Assembly: GCA_002104945.1 (NCBI GenBank)
Contig: MCFH01000013.1
Span: 806,001 to 870,000, forward strand
Source of the DNA: Piromyces finnis finn
Lineage: Eukaryota; Fungi; Neocallimastigomycota
Direction: 5' to 3'
Length of the DNA stretch: 64,000 nucleotides
In this document: positions 1-15,533 of the stretch, piece after piece
How the letters are laid out: the number at the start of each line of letters is the position of its first letter
How positions within the stretch are numbered: the first letter of the stretch is position 1
Notes under the pieces: model-generated
Told to the model about the DNA's origin: nothing
The model's input: only the letters and a program-made list of their open reading frames with translations
Database searches by the model: none
Made by a program: the position numbers and the translations under genes

Positions 1-262
1 ACTAAATGTTATTTCTTTTTTAGGTTTATTCATATTAAAATAATTTGTCTTCGATTATAATAAATTATTATTTTTTTTTTTTTTAATTCAAATATTTTAT
101 TAAAATAAATATATTTAAAGTTATTTGGTAAATAATTCATAAATAGAAAAACTCTTAATTATAGAAATAATACAAAGCATAAATAATTTTAAAAATATAT
201 CTTTAAAAATAATTTTGTGTGACCTTCCAAATTAAATTCTTCAAATTTTAAAAAATATTTCA

Positions 263-3200
263 ATGAATGACCATGATACATCAAAATATGAAAGATTTTC
301 AAATTTCTGTAGTTTATTAGAAACACTTCAAAAAAAAACAGGAAGAGCAACTAAGATATTTCAAAAAGATATTATACAACGATATTTTAATGTTTGTACA
401 TGTTAAATAATATAATTATAATTGATTAAAGCAATATTCTAAAATACAATATTAATATATATTTTTATTATATTGGTTTAAATAATTTAAAAGAAATGGA
501 GATTATATGGAGGTAGTTTATTTCCAGTAATAAGACTTCTTCTTCCACATGTAATTAATATAAAATATTTTTATTATAGTATTTTTAAAATTATTTAAAT
601 AATAAAAAAATTCAATTTCAAATTTGAAAGATTGATAAAAAAAGACTAAATTATAGAATTAAAGAAAAAACCTTAAGTAAGATTTATGTTAATGTATTAT
701 GTTTACCTCCAGAATCACCTGATGGAAGGACTTTAATTAATTGGAGAATCCCTGGAAAAGCAAAAATGGTATTAAATTATTTACCATTTAATTTTTGAAT
801 AAAATATCATAAAATACTAAATTAAAAATGTAAATACAGAAAACAGTTGGAGATTTCGCTTCAGTGTTATATGGTGTTTTGCTTAAACGTTCAACATTTA
901 CTGGAAAAAGTGTATTAACTATCTCTGATATAAATGAAAAACTGGACCAATTAAATCAAGCAGAGTCATTGTAAAATTAATTACTAAATAATTACAATAA
1001 ATTTAATATTAAATAGAATAATAATAATATTAATTTTTTTTTTTTTAAAAAAAAAAAAAAAAATTATAAGTGACCAACAAAAAGATTGTATGCGTTCATT
1101 TTATACCTCTTTAACACCATTAGAACAAAAATGGATTGTAAGGATTATTTTAAAGGGTATAAATAAATATTTTTATTTAGTAATGAGTAAATCTAACAAC
1201 ATAACTAGATAACTTGTTGTAATACCAATTATGTTTTTAAATATATAAGATCTAAAAATAGGTCTAACAGAAAATTCAATATTAAATATTTATCACCCGG
1301 ATGCACTTAATATGTTTAATGTTTGTAGTGATTTATATGAAGTTGTTGAAAGTTTAAATGATTCATCAAAAAGAATAGAAATAAATGTTTGTAAATTATA
1401 TACATATATTATTACCAAATTAAGATTATTTATATATAATAATACTTGTTATTTTTAAAGGGTTTATCTGTATTTCATCCATTCCAACCTATGTTATGTG
1501 AGAGGATTCCTATTAATAATTGCTTGAAAGTACTAAATACAAATACATTTTATATTGAAAACAAACTAGATGGTGAAAGAATCCAACTTCATATGAAAAA
1601 TGGAGAATTTCAGTACTGGTCTAGGTATTATATATTTTAGCAACATTAAACTACATTAATTATATATTTTTTAATTGTTAATTAATAAATAATAAGAAAA
1701 GCAACGCAGTATACAAAAGCATATGGAAGTAATAAAAATAATGGAACTTTAACACCTTTTATTTATGATGTTTTTAATCCTTCAATTTATGAGTAAATAA
1801 AAAATTAATATTAATAATATCAATAGTTATATTGAAGTAATAATTATATAATTTATAAAGATGTATTTTAGATGGTGAAATGTTAGTATATGATCCAAAT
1901 ATTGATGATTTCTTGCCATTTGGATCTTTAAAAACAGCTATTTTAGATCAATCCGATGAAAAAATGAAAAAAAGGCCTTGTTTTGTTATATTTGATGTAT
2001 TATATGTAAATGGGAAATGTTTAACAAATCAACCAATGATTAATAGAATAAAACTATTACCAGAAATTATGAAAGAAAAGTATGGTTATGTTATGTTTCA
2101 TAAACGAGAAGAAGCTAAAACTACAAATGATATTATAAAAGCATTAGAAAAAATTATAGAATTACATGGTGAAGGTTTAGTAATTAAAGATCCAAATTCA
2201 ACATATGAATTGGGAACAAGATCAAAACGATGGATAAAAATAAAACCTGAATATATAAATTCACTATGTGATGAACTTGATGTATTGATTGTTGGAGGGT
2301 ATTATGGTAATGGTTATAGACGTGGGAAAATATCACATTTTTTATGTGCTGTACTTAAAGATAAAGAAGATATTGAAGGAGAAAATAATAATGATAATAA
2401 TAATAATAAAGATACTAAAGATATGCCTCATTTTGTATCATTTTGTAAATTTGGTACAGGATATTCTTTAAATGAATTAGAAGGATTATCAAAAGAAAAG
2501 AATGGTAATTGGAAACCACTAGATCCTAATAATATCCCATCATGGCTTTCCTTAGAAAAAAAAGATATGCCGGATGTTTATATACGACCAGATCATTCAC
2601 AAATTGTTCAATTAAAAGCGACTGAAATAGTTCCTTCAGTTGCATATTCAGCTGGTGTAACCCTACGTTTTCCAAGATTTGAAAAAATCAGAGAAGATAA
2701 AACATATGAAAATTGTTTAACACTAAAAGAATTAATACAACTTCGAAATCTTTCTTCGGGACGTCTTCAAACAAAAACTCTAAATCCCACTAATACAGAA
2801 CCAATTTCTCTTGAAGGCATGACATCAAAAAAAAAAAGAAGAATAACAGCAAAATCGGAAATTTCTATAATGCATTCATTTGTTGGAGCTGATACTTCAA
2901 ATATAGATAAGATGGATTCTCTTTTTGAGGATATTGAATTTTGTGTTATGCCTGGTATAAATAATGAAAAACAACCTAATTTAACAAAGCAAAAATTAGA
3001 AATATTAATTGTTGAACATGGAGGGAAAATTATTCAAAACCCACATTCAACATCTACGAAATATGTGATAGCTGATAAAATAAGTAAATAATACATTTTT
3101 ATTTAATTAATATTTATAACCAATATTGACTATAAAATAAAATAAATTTAGCGTTAAAAGTAAAAAATATAATAAATACAAAAATGCATGACATAATAAA

Positions 3201-4285
3201 ATCTCAATGGGTTATTGACTGTATAGAGAAAAAAAAACTTTTGGAACTTTCCAGTAGATATACAGTTTTTTTATCAGAGAAAACTATTATAAATCTAAAA
3301 AAAAATATGGATTTATATGGAGACATATATACGGAAGAATATTCATTAGAAAACTTTAAAGACGTAAATATATATAATCATAATAATTATTGTAATTATT
3401 ATAATATTATAATAAATCATAATGTATATTTTAAATAAAAAAAATTGTATTGATATAAAATATTATCATAATAGTTTTTACAAGAAATGGATAAAAATGA
3501 GTCATTCAAAAAAGTTTTAAATAAATATACTCCTGGAAATAAATCCAGTGATAATAAAGAGACAGAGAATAAAGAATTATTAAGAATAATATCATCTATA
3601 GAAGAAAGATATATATATACTATATATGGATTATTTAGAAATATTGTAGGTTATTTTCCATTCAAAGAATATAATACAGACAAAAAAAAAATAAAATATG
3701 GATTATTGTCAAGGTAATAAATAAATATATGAAAATATGAAATATTGTGACATTAATAAAATAGACTTTTAAATATATAATACCTTAAAATTATTAAAGG
3801 TTACATTACGCAGAATATTCATTTATGTTTTATGGTGGTAATTCAAAAAAAACAGTTAAGTATAATATCAACAATATAAATTTATAATAAAATAAAAAAT
3901 AATTATAACTCTTCAATAATAACTAACTTAATTTTGTATTTTTCTACGGATTCAGATAACTTCCGAATGCTCTCATATATTTATAGATCCAGAATTTAAT
4001 AATTATACACAAGAAATACAGAAAATAACAAACCTGTTAGTTAAAATAAATATATCTTGAATAATATCTAGAAAATAAATTAATAAATTATAGTATTAAT
4101 ATTAATTACAAATGTTAAAATATATAAAATGTATATTAAAAATCTCTAGATATGAAAAAAAACCAAGGTTTGTTAATATTCAATGGATATTTGATTCTAT
4201 AAAACAATGCTTCTTAGTTTCTGAGTCAGACTATTTACCTGCTCATTCAATTTCTGCAAACCCAAAAATTAATTTCTTGGATTAG
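263..4285 (+). CDS. LIG4: DNA ligase IV (NHEJ ligase), multi-exon, with C-terminal tandem BRCT regions
   Basis: Hand-spliced exons from ATG 263 (MNDHDTSKYERF...) to TAG 4283-4285. Contains the ATP-dependent ligase adenylation motif ENKLDGERIQLH, motif EGLVIK, WIKIKPEY, LDVLIVGGYYGNG, LRFPRF, and two BRCT-like regions (LEILIVEHGGKIIQN...IIKSQWVIDCI; ...FVNIQWIFDSI). GT-AG junctions keep frame where checked. Confidence 0.95.
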
Positions 4286-4526
4286 ATTTTATCAAGTTAA
4301 CATTAAAAAATTTTTTTTAAAATATATATATATATATATAAAAAAAAAAAAAAAAAAAAAAGAAATGTAATATTACAATATATTTTTACAATTATCATAC
4401 GTTTTGACTTTTGAAAATTTATAACATTTGTTATTTATTAAATAATTTACTTATTTTTCTATACTTTCTCAAGTATATATGTATATATATAACTTTTTAT
4501 ATAATAAAATATTTAATTCTATAATT

Positions 4527-4975
4527 TTAAAATTGAATAATCTTTTCAGATACTTCTTTTTTATCTAATAATTTCAAAATTACTACAATATTTTTTAATA
4601 ATCCGGATAAACATTTTTGATTTTCATCTAAACCTTCTTTCTTGATAGAATTTAATACTTTGGAATTCATTATATAAGGAAAGTCTAATTATTTCCATCA
4701 AACAATATTTTGTAAATTAATAATTTTTTAAGATAATAAATTTTAATAATAATACATTAATTTATTTACCTAAACATAAAGATGAATATAAATCTTGAAT
4801 TTTATCTGAAATATTTAAACGTTTAAAGAAAGCATGAGCTTTTTGATTATTATATAATATAATCCAAAACAGTAATGTAACAATGTATATATTTTTTATA
4901 TTTTTTGATTTCAAAATTGGCAATAAACCTTTAATATATGAATCTAATTTTTTAAAATGATTATTGTAATAGCAA

Positions 4976-5050
<75 letters not shown>

Positions 5051-8000
5051 AAATATGACAAAAAAGCAATGAATGCTGGAAAAAAAAAACTAAAATTAAA
5101 ATAATAAAATATAATTATAATTTAATAAGTATTTACCATTGGCTAAAAAAAATGCTTTGTTTTCTTTATAGTTAGATAAATTACACAATGTCATTAAAGA
5201 CTTATATTGTAATGTTTTTTTTCTAATAGATAAAATATCAAGTAACAAATGAATTATTCCTTTTTTAAATTGTATAATAAAAAATGAGTTAAAAATATAA
5301 TTTTAATTAATAATATTCTAATATTTTTAATACCTGTTATTCTGATAATATGTATAGCTGAATCTTTATACAACGACAGATTTTTAAAAAAATCTAAAAT
5401 ACTTTCTAATTTTATTAAGTCTTTCAATTTAAATGTAAACAACATTTTTTCATATAACGTCTCGGGTATATTTTCCTTTGATATTATTAATTTTAATAAA
5501 TTTTATAAGTAATGTGTTTAAGAAGACAAATAAATAAATAAATATACAATTAAATATATCGAAAAAAAATAAAATTTACTTTAATTAGATAAATTCTTGA
5601 ATCAAAAGATATTGCTATTGAATTAAATAATTCAATAATTAATCCGAAAACTTCTATTTTTAAATCATCTTTATTTAATAATTTAGAAATATGAGATACT
5701 ATTGAATTTCCATATTCATTTGATAAATTTCTTTGATTCTCAAATAAAGATTTTTTTGCAAGAGGATAATTTGTAATGAAATTTCTTTCAAATAATAAAA
5801 CTTCATATACGATGTTATAGTATATCCTTTTTGACTGTAGAAATTCTATTAATAGCGAATTAATATTTAAATGATATAAAATTTCCTATAGTAATATATT
5901 TTAAAGTTAAATATTTATATATATAACATATATGTGTATGTATAGATTTTTATTACTCTAATTATAATACCTTAACTTTCAAAGAATCCAGCAATGAATA
6001 ACGTAGTAAAGAAATATACAATATTATTTTCTTTTGATTAACTTCTGAAAATTTATAATTCTTTATTTAAAATATAATATATAATTAATTCTCAATTATT
6101 ATTATAATATTATTAACAATACATTTATACTTACTTCTCTTAATTTGCTAATTTTATTATATAACTTTTGGCATACATTTTCTATACATTACAAATAGTT
6201 TTAAAATAAATGCATATGAATAACATATATTGAAAAGTGTTAATTATTTATATCAATAATTACCTTCTATAAAGTATTGTTTAGCTGATTGACAATACAT
6301 TAAAAGTATTTTTAATGATACATACAATGACTCATTAAACACACTATTTGAATTCAGATGGTCATTCATTAATAATAAATATAATTCTCTACAAAGAAAA
6401 TAACCTACTGTACAGCCGTAATGATGAGAAATATTGTTATTTAATATTTCAATTAATTCATTATCAATATTTGTATTTAACTGAAAATAATAATTAAGAA
6501 GTCTTGCTAATAAATAAGTAGCAGCCTTTTTATTTTCAATGCCATTTTGATATATTATCATTTCACATAAAACATTTATTGATGATATCTTAACATTTGT
6601 TAATAAAAATGATTTTCTAATGAAAAGACTTTTTAAATCATTTTTAATACATTGCTGAAGAGAATCACCTATTAATAAACATAATAAACGTACAACTTGA
6701 CATTGGAATTTATCAAACTTTCTTATTCTCGAATCATTTTTCATATTTCCACAATTATTGGGATTGTTCGAATAACCAGATAAATATGCATTCATAAAAA
6801 TTATGATGTTTTGTAATTTATTAATAAAAGATGTATTTTCAATTATTTTGTATTCTAATTCTTCATTATCATAAAATATTATTAAAAACAACTTTAAAGT
6901 AGAGTATATAATATTATATACATAATCACTATTATTTTGATAATAATACCGCAAATTATAGGACATTGTATATTCTAATAGTTCATTTTCAGGTTTTGAA
7001 CTATTATATGTGGGTATAATCAAAAATTTAAATAAATCTTCCCATAACTCCTGTTCAATTATTATATTTATTAATATATCTTTAAACCTTTGTGCAATAT
7101 TTAATATTAATTCTATTAACGATATTTTGTATGCTAAGCAATCACAATGATTATTTATCAAATACTTTAAATTCGAAAAAAAGCCTGATTTTATAAATAG
7201 TACTTCCAATTGTTTCATTTGTTCTTCATCAATGAATCCTTCTGGAATATTTTCATTTCCACTATCATTTTCAACTCCGTTTGTATCATATGAATAATTT
7301 TTATAAATTTTATCATTAAAAGAAACAAGAAAATTATTTAGTACGGATAATAATTCTTTTTTCAATAATATATCGGTTGATTTATTTATTAATAAATCAA
7401 ATGTTGAATCAATAAATTGAGGAGCTTGTAAACATATATATTTATAACTTCCTTTAAATGGAATTATATTTGCTAAAATACCATATGATAGTGATTTAAC
7501 TTTTATATTTTCAGATTTCATTCCAGTAATTAACCAAAGTAAATATCCATTTTCATTTAACCAATATTTTTCCCAATTTATTTCATATTTCATAGATATA
7601 TGAACATCCAATAAATAATATGATATTAATCTTAAATTCTCAAATAAAAGATAGTATGTTTTTTGTGCATCTTGTTCTAAATTAGTAATTTGTATATCTC
7701 TACATTTCTTAATTAATGCTTTTATTAGCATATTAATATTGTCAATAGAAATATTTGATATTAAATTTGGTAATAACAAAAATTCTAAAAGACAATACAA
7801 ATTCCAATAAAGTTGTTGATTAAACATTTCAGTAAATTTCGTTTCATTGTTACACAATTTTGTAATATATTGAATTAATATATTAACATATTTATTTAAA
7901 GATAGGCATCTATTATTAGGATTTTGACTTAAATCTATATTTGATAAATAGGATTGAATAAATACAACAATATTTGATAATAATATCGAAGCGCATGATT

Positions 8001-11000
8001 CATTTATTTCCTTAATTTCATCTTCATCCTGATTTTGAATTTCATTATTTTGTTTTTTATTTATAATAATATCACAACAACTCTTAAAAACATCATATAT
8101 TGTATTGTGTATATATTCATTTATCTGATTATTACATTCATTCATATTTACATTATTAATATAAAATTTGGATAAAAACAGCAAGATTGAACCAAATAAC
8201 TCAGCATCTTGATATGTTGCAGGTGGAACAGATAAAAACCTAATGCATAAAAAAAATATTACAATTTTATTATAATAGTTTAATAATAATATAATGATAA
8301 TATCTTTAAAATTTTATATTTTACTAATTATTCTAAATTATAGTTACTTTCTTAAAAATTTTAAGATATTATTTTTAGGCAATAATTCATAATCTCTTTT
8401 ACAATAACAGCATTTACATATTATTTCCAAATTCTCAAGAAACTGTGAATGGTTTTTTGATTTATACATATTATTTAAATTTTCATCATTCTTATATTTA
8501 AATATATTTTCTTCTTGAAATATATTATTCCTGTAAACAATACTGTTTCTATAATCTTATATATACAATAAATTTGTATTTAATACATCTATAAATAGTT
8601 ATCGATTTAATGTTAACATAAAAATAAAAATACTATGTAATTTTTATTTACCTATTAATATTTTCCAAACTTTTTGTAATGATTCATTTTCTAAAACCTC
8701 ATTATTTTGGTAGTTAAAAATGTTAAATACTTTCACATTTTCATTATATATATTATAATGGTCAACCACCTGTATTGGCAATAAATTATTATTAACATTG
8801 ATTTGAAACGTTTTATCCATTATACTATCTTTTTCCTTAAAATATAATTGATAATCATCAGATCTAAATAATATGTATGAGAATATTTTTGCAATCAAAT
8901 AATTGATTTTTTTATTAGGATGAAAACTTAATATTATTAAATTTTTTAAAAACTGGTTGTTAATATTTGAATCAAAATTATATAGAAAAGATTGATATCC
9001 TTTATTTTGATACTTAATAATTAAAAGCAATATTTTTAAAAAGTACTCTGATATCATTTCGTGATTAAATAATATATCTGATTTTTCCACTACAATATCT
9101 ACTATGAATATACAGAATTCTTTTAACATCTCATCCTTAATTTTTATATTTTCTTTTTGAATATTCATTAAAATATTTAGTAACTCTTCCATATTTATTT
9201 TTAAACTACCTTCATCTTCCAATAATGCTTTTGTTTTTAGAATCTGAGATTTTAATATATCATCTGTAACATTAATTCTCTTATATATATTATTTTCAAT
9301 TCTCATTTGATCATCTTCTAATATATCAATATCAGCATTAGTAAAATAGTATATGTTCCATTGAGACACTTTATTATTAGACAACTGATTGATCTCACTA
9401 AATATTTCACTAATAATTTTAAAACCTTCTTTTCGAACATTTTCCTCTTTATAATAGAGCATACGCAACCATAGAACGATTTGCTTATTATATATACAAT
9501 TATTTTTAATTTTTTTAAAAGCTATTAATGACATATCATGAATATCTTTATCATTATATATCTGAAGCCATAAAATTAAATTGTACAATTTAGAATTTCC
9601 TTGGTCTGACTTTATAAAATATTTTATAAATAATTTGGTTAATTGCTTAATATGAATATCATCATCTTGCATTCCATAGTTTATTATAGTAATTAATATA
9701 TCAAAATTTTTAATCATAATAGAATGGAAATTATTAATTTTTGACGGATCACAAAATAAATTATTTTTTTCTATTTGAATTAATTCATACAGTGTGCTCT
9801 TTCTAATCCATAGTTGGGGGTGTTTTACAAATTGTAACAATATATTTAAATCACCATCCTGAATAGTATTAGAATTAAATATTTTATTAATAACTGTAGA
9901 TGGTACTCCAAATGATGAAGGTATGTTAATGATATAATTAATAATATTCCAAAAATTATTTGAATAGGTATCATGATCAGTTATATTAATTAAATTACAT
10001 ACAAAATCCAAAATTAATTTAATCAATATTTCCCGATTATATATAATTTGAGAAAAGGCTTCTTTATCTTCAAATTGATTTGAATTATTTATTAATGTAT
10101 CATTTTCTATATTTATATTATTATTGTGATTATGGTTGTTATTATTATAACTAAGTGGATTTGATTGATAATATGAATTTTTTTCAAACTCAAATTCTTG
10201 TTTTAATACTTCACTCCATTGATTAACATAATATTCATTATCTTCATAATAATAACCGATTATTTCAATTAATAAAGATACATAATATAATATTGTATTT
10301 TCAATTAATACACTTTTTTCTTCTGTCATAGATAAATTAACGACAGATTCAATATAAAATGATATATATGGTATAATTTTATATATAATAGATATTAATT
10401 TATTAATATATTTTGGAAATCTAATATAAGGGACTATTGCAGTAAATATTTCATGACACGCAAATGGAATTGATATTGAATAGTCATCTAAATATTCATC
10501 ATTTTCATTCATGTTATTATCATTTACTACATTTTTTTTTTCATTTTTTACTTGATTTATATTATTAGATATATTTGCTGAAAAAACAATTTCTTCATTT
10601 ATATTGGTATATTCTATATTCAATTTAAATTCCTTTGTCCATTCTACAGTTAAAATGTCTAAATACTTTATGGATTGTTCAAATCTTGATGTACTTCTTG
10701 GATCTAATCCTCCAATAATTGCCTATATAATCATTAATGTATTATATTTAAATACAAAAATCATTATTATTATATATAAAATTTAATAGATAGAATTAAA
10801 TATTTATATATTTTTATATAAATATATATATATTGTGTGTATGAAAGACAAAATGTACCCTAAAAAGTTGGGATCTTTGTAAAAATACTTGTGATCCATA
10901 TGAATTTATCAAATAATAAAAAACATTTTCTTCATTTTCTTGAACAATCAGATTTGTTAACATTGATGAGTAATCATTAATAATCTTATGATCTGAACTA

Positions 11001-12251
11001 TACAATTTAATGAAATTATATGTTGAAATTGAATTGGGTATACGTGGTGGTGAAGGATATGAATTAATCTTAATATCTACATATATATTAAAAATATTAG
11101 TTCCAACGAACAGAAACATTTTTTTTTTTGTATATATATATAATACTAATACATTAAAATTTACTCTTTCTTTGATTTCCTATCTCAAATATAGAACTTT
11201 TATTATTTTTGCTAGTATTGTTATTATTTTGAATATTACTATACACACTTTTATGGGTATCATTATTAAATTTTGTTAATTGGATATCATTATTATAATG
11301 TTCTGTTGAGTTATAAGCAAAATTTTTTAAATTGTTTTTTTCATTTAATTTAAAATTATCCTGTTTATTTAAATTCAGTATTGCTTTTTTTTCTTCTATT
11401 TTACCATTATTTAATGCTTTAAAATGATTTGAATTATTATTTACATTATTGTAATATTTATTTTGTATACTTTGAAAAAGGGTATCATTATCAGGGGTAT
11501 CTATATTTAATAATAAGTTTATTATTGTATCAATGTATACATGAAACTGAGAATCAACACTATTCCGTTGTTTTCTAAAAATTGGTATTCCACCTTGTTC
11601 AATTAATATAGAACAAGCTCGTGGTGTCTATTAATATTATAATTTTTAATAATATTATTACTATTAAAAGATATTTTTTTATAAAAAATTATAAAAATAC
11701 AAAATACTGTACTTGTAAAAGTTCAATGAATAACGATAAAATATTTATTGCTAGCTCTTTATCACTATATATATTATCATTAATAATCATGTGTAATAAA
11801 TTTTTGTATAATTCTGGTTCTATGCATAAATCCTCTATAAAACACAGAATAATAAAATGAAATTAATAATTTTTTCTTGAATTTTAATTTTAATATAAAA
11901 ATAACTCATATACCTATTTGAATTAAATTTCTTGACAATTTCAATCTTAAAGAATTTAACGAACGATATTTAATCTATATTATTTTTTTTATTATTATTA
12001 TTATTATTATTAATAATATAATTTATTATATTATTAATGTTAATTATATATATATACACACCTCCCATAATGGATGTCCTATTGCGCATTAATAATTAAT
12101 AAAATAATAAATATATATATTAATAATTAATACTTTAATACTATTAAATATACATATATCATTATATGTTTATTAAATAATCATAATTTAAAATTATTCA
12201 ATGAATTTGACTTTTACCTAATTTTTTTATAATTACTGATATTTTATCCAT
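4527..12251 (-). CDS. RTTN: Rotatin (centriole/basal-body armadillo-like protein), multi-exon
   Basis: Spliced N-terminus MDKISVIIKKLG-HPLWE-IKYRSLNSLRLKLSRNLI matches my recollection of the animal rotatin N-terminus ([20 protein letters not shown]). Internal YGSQVFLQR and KFLSVPPATYQD, and C-terminal LFWIILYNNQKAH, also resemble rotatin segments. Includes ORFs 8644..10623, 6253..8184 and 10814..11119. Stop TAA at 4527-4529. Confidence 0.85.
4977..5048. repeat. (ATT)n microsatellite inside a rotatin intron
   Basis: About 70 bp of uninterrupted ttattatta... Confidence 0.95.
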
Positions 12252-13043
12252 TTTTAACTTTTTTGTGATACTTTATAATTTCTTAAAAGGAAAATACTAC
12301 AATTTTAGTGTATTTTTAAAATACCAAACATAAATAATAATTTATTTAGAAAAAGAATTATTAAACTATTTTATATCACTTTAATTATTAAAGTTTTTAT
12401 TTTTTCAGTTTATTAAATATTAATGAACTAATAAAACTATTTTATAATATTTTAATATCAAAAAATAATAATAATAATAATAATAATAAAGTAAAAATAA
12501 AAAGAAAAAAATAAAATAAAAAAGATATTAGGTAAATTTAATTACTTTTTTTCTTTAATTAAAAATTTTATTAAAAAATATAAAAAGTTTAATTCATAAT
12601 ATTTTTAACTATTAGTTTTTGTGTAAATATTAAAATAAAATAAAATAAAAAAAAAAAAAGTATAGAAAATATGTATACTATATACTATTTGTTTTTAAAA
12701 ATTTACTTTCAAATTAATAACCTCTATAGATAACATTATAAATTTAAAATATTTTATTTTTATTATTATCTTTATTTACAATAACTTTTTTAAAAAATTT
12801 AAATTGCATAATTCAATTTCAGTTTCAACTTATGAAATTTATAAATAAATAAATAAATTACAAATATATTATTATATTTGTTAATAAATCTAATGTTTTG
12901 CTTTGCTTTGCTTTTTTTAATTTGTTTTTTTTTTTTTTCTATTAAAAATATTAAAAAGAATATTAATTTCCATTTTAATAAAATTTGATTATTGAAAATT
13001 AAATAAAGTTATTATTAAACTTAATTTAATTTATAGAAATTAG

Positions 13044-13670
13044 TTAAACACTGAAACTTTGACCACATGAGCAACTTTCCTTGATATTTGGATTTTTGAA
13101 AACAAATTTTGCTGATAATTTATCCTTAACAAAATCTAATTCTGAACCAATAATGGTAAAAACAGCTTTTGAATCTACAAATAATTTAACACCTTTATAT
13201 ATTTAAATAATAATTTCATTTAACAACTAATTCCAATGTAAAATATACTTGAATGTCTATATATTATTTACCATCTTGATTAATTTCTTCATCGTATTTT
13301 TCTTTTTTGGAAACCATATCCATTGTATATTGTAGACCGGAGCAACCCTTATTTATTACTGAAACCTTTAAAGTTGGATTTACTCCTGGCATTTTCTTTT
13401 GAGCTCCTAATTGTAATTGTTTAATTCTTGAAACAGCGGAAGGAGTCTTTGAAATAATAATTTTAAATGAACATATTTGTACATTTATAATAATAAATTT
13501 TATAAATATTATAATTTGAAATTTAATAATGGTATTTCAAAATATATATATATACATATATATATTTATATAACATATAAAATATAAATATATATTTATT
13601 ATACCAATGATAAAATTTGCTTAGTAGCAGCAGGTTTTAAAGCTTTTTGAATGTTAGCAATTAATGGCAT
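13044..13670 (-). CDS. ISA1: Iron-sulfur cluster assembly A-type carrier (IscA/Isa1 family), 3 exons
   Basis: Spliced product MPLIANIQKALKPAATKQILSL-TPSAVSRIK...LKVSVNKGCSGLQYTMD...GVKLFVDSKAVFTIIGSELDFVKDKLSAKFVFKNPNIKESCSCGQSFSV*. It carries the IscA Cys motifs GCSG and CSCGxSF. Not in the ORF track because the exons are short. Confidence 0.92.
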
Positions 13671-14163
13671 TTCTATTTATTTTAAAAAAAATCTAATTTT
13701 AAAATTAATAATATTGTAAAAAAAAAAAAAAAAAAAAAATATTTTTATTTTTAATCTTTAAAAAAATTTTATCAAGAAATTTTACTTGAAAAAATTAAAA
13801 AGATTATTAAATAAACACCATTTCCATTTTCCGATATTTATCAAGTTTATGCATAAGTGTGACATTTAATTTATATCTATGTAATATGATCATATAATAT
13901 TTATAATTTTAAATTGTTAAAACACATAATTTTATCAAAAAATCACTTGATTTAATAATTATTCATATGAAAAAATTCCAATCATAATCCTATTTAATTT
14001 GATCAAATAATTAAAATATAATGGAATTCAAAGTTTAATACTACACGATTTTTAATTTATAAAAAATTGCCTTTTATTATTATTAAATAAATAATAATAA
14101 TAAATAATAATAAATAAAAATAATAAAAAAAGAAATAATAAATAATTAAAAAGAAATCCAAAA
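13671..14163. promoter_or_regulatory. Probable bidirectional promoter region between divergent ISA1 and ketoacyl-CoA reductase
   Basis: Two start codons face away from each other about 490 bp apart. No specific element was identified, so the function is inferred from geometry. Confidence 0.5.
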
Positions 14164-15533
14164 ATGGCATGCTGTTGTATTGTTATTTCACTTATTGCTA
14201 TTGTTTTTGCAACTAAGTTTTTAAAAATTATTTACCAACAATTTATTCAAAAACCAACTGATCTTAAAAAGTTCGGTGCTAAACAAGATTCATGGGCTCT
14301 TATTACTGGTGCTTCTGATGGTAATAAAATTATACAAATATTTAAAAAAAAATGAATAATATATTATTTAAATGATAACAATTTGTAACCAAAAGCAATT
14401 AAATTTTTGTTTCCTATATTAAAAATATATATACCATATTATATATATATTTATATATTTAAATTGAAACATTTCAAAAAATTTCATGATATAACAACAA
14501 TATATAAATGTCAATGTTTTATAATAAAAACGATAAAAAAAACTTAATATTATAAATAACTTGGGAAAAACAACAAACTATAAAATACATAAATATATAT
14601 ACAAAAAAAAAAATAATAATAATAATAATAAAATAAATAAAAGGTATTGGCCATCAATTTGCCAATGAATTTGGTAAAGCTGGTTTCAATTTACTTTTAG
14701 TTTCCCGTACTAAGTCCAAGCTTGATGAAGTTGCTAAGGAAATTGAAGCTAAATATCCAGAAATTAAAATTCAAGTTGTTGCTATTGATTTTGCTAATGC
14801 CACCGAAGCTGATTACAGTAACCTTAAAAATGTTTGCGATAATTTAAAGATTTCAGTTTTAGTTAACAATGTTGGTACTAATCACAGTTTCCCAACACCA
14901 TTCTCTGAAGAAAAACCAGAACTTTTAGAAGCTATTTGCACTGTTAACAACACCACCGCTGTTAAACTTACAAGAATGCTCTTACCAAAAATGATTGCTG
15001 ATAAGAAAGGTAAATATAATATTTTTAATAACAAAATACTATAATTAACCAAAAATTTTATAATATTGTTAAACATTGAAAATGGTAACATATTAATATT
15101 AATTGATTATAATAAAGGTCTTGTTTTAAATATGGGTTCATTCTCTGGTATGCTTCCAACTCCACTTTTAACCACCTACTCTGCTACTAAATCATTCTTA
15201 ATTACTTGGACAAAATGTCTTGCCAGTGAACTTGAAGGTACCGGTGTTCATGTTCAACTTTTCAATACTTACTTTGTTACCACTAAAATGAGTAAAATTC
15301 GTCGTGCTACTGCTTTAATTCCAACAGCCGAAGATTATGTTAAATCTGCTATGAATGCTATTGGTAAAACTCACGTTAGTGCTCCATATTTCACTCATGC
15401 TCTTGCTGAATTTGTTATCAATTTATGTCCAGAATCAATTGCTATTAAAATTAATCACAACATGAATAAAAATACTCGTGCTCGTGCATTAAGAAAGCAA
15501 GAACGTTTAGCCAAGGAAGCTAAGCAACAATAA
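14164..15533 (+). CDS. IFA38: Very-long-chain 3-ketoacyl-CoA reductase (SDR family; yeast Ifa38 / HSD17B12-like), 3 exons
   Basis: N-terminal TM helix, WALITGASDGIG (Rossmann TGxxxGIG, split by an intron), VLVNNVG, catalytic NMGS...YSATK, and HVQLFNTYFVTTKMSKIRR typical of elongase-associated KAR. Confidence 0.88.
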
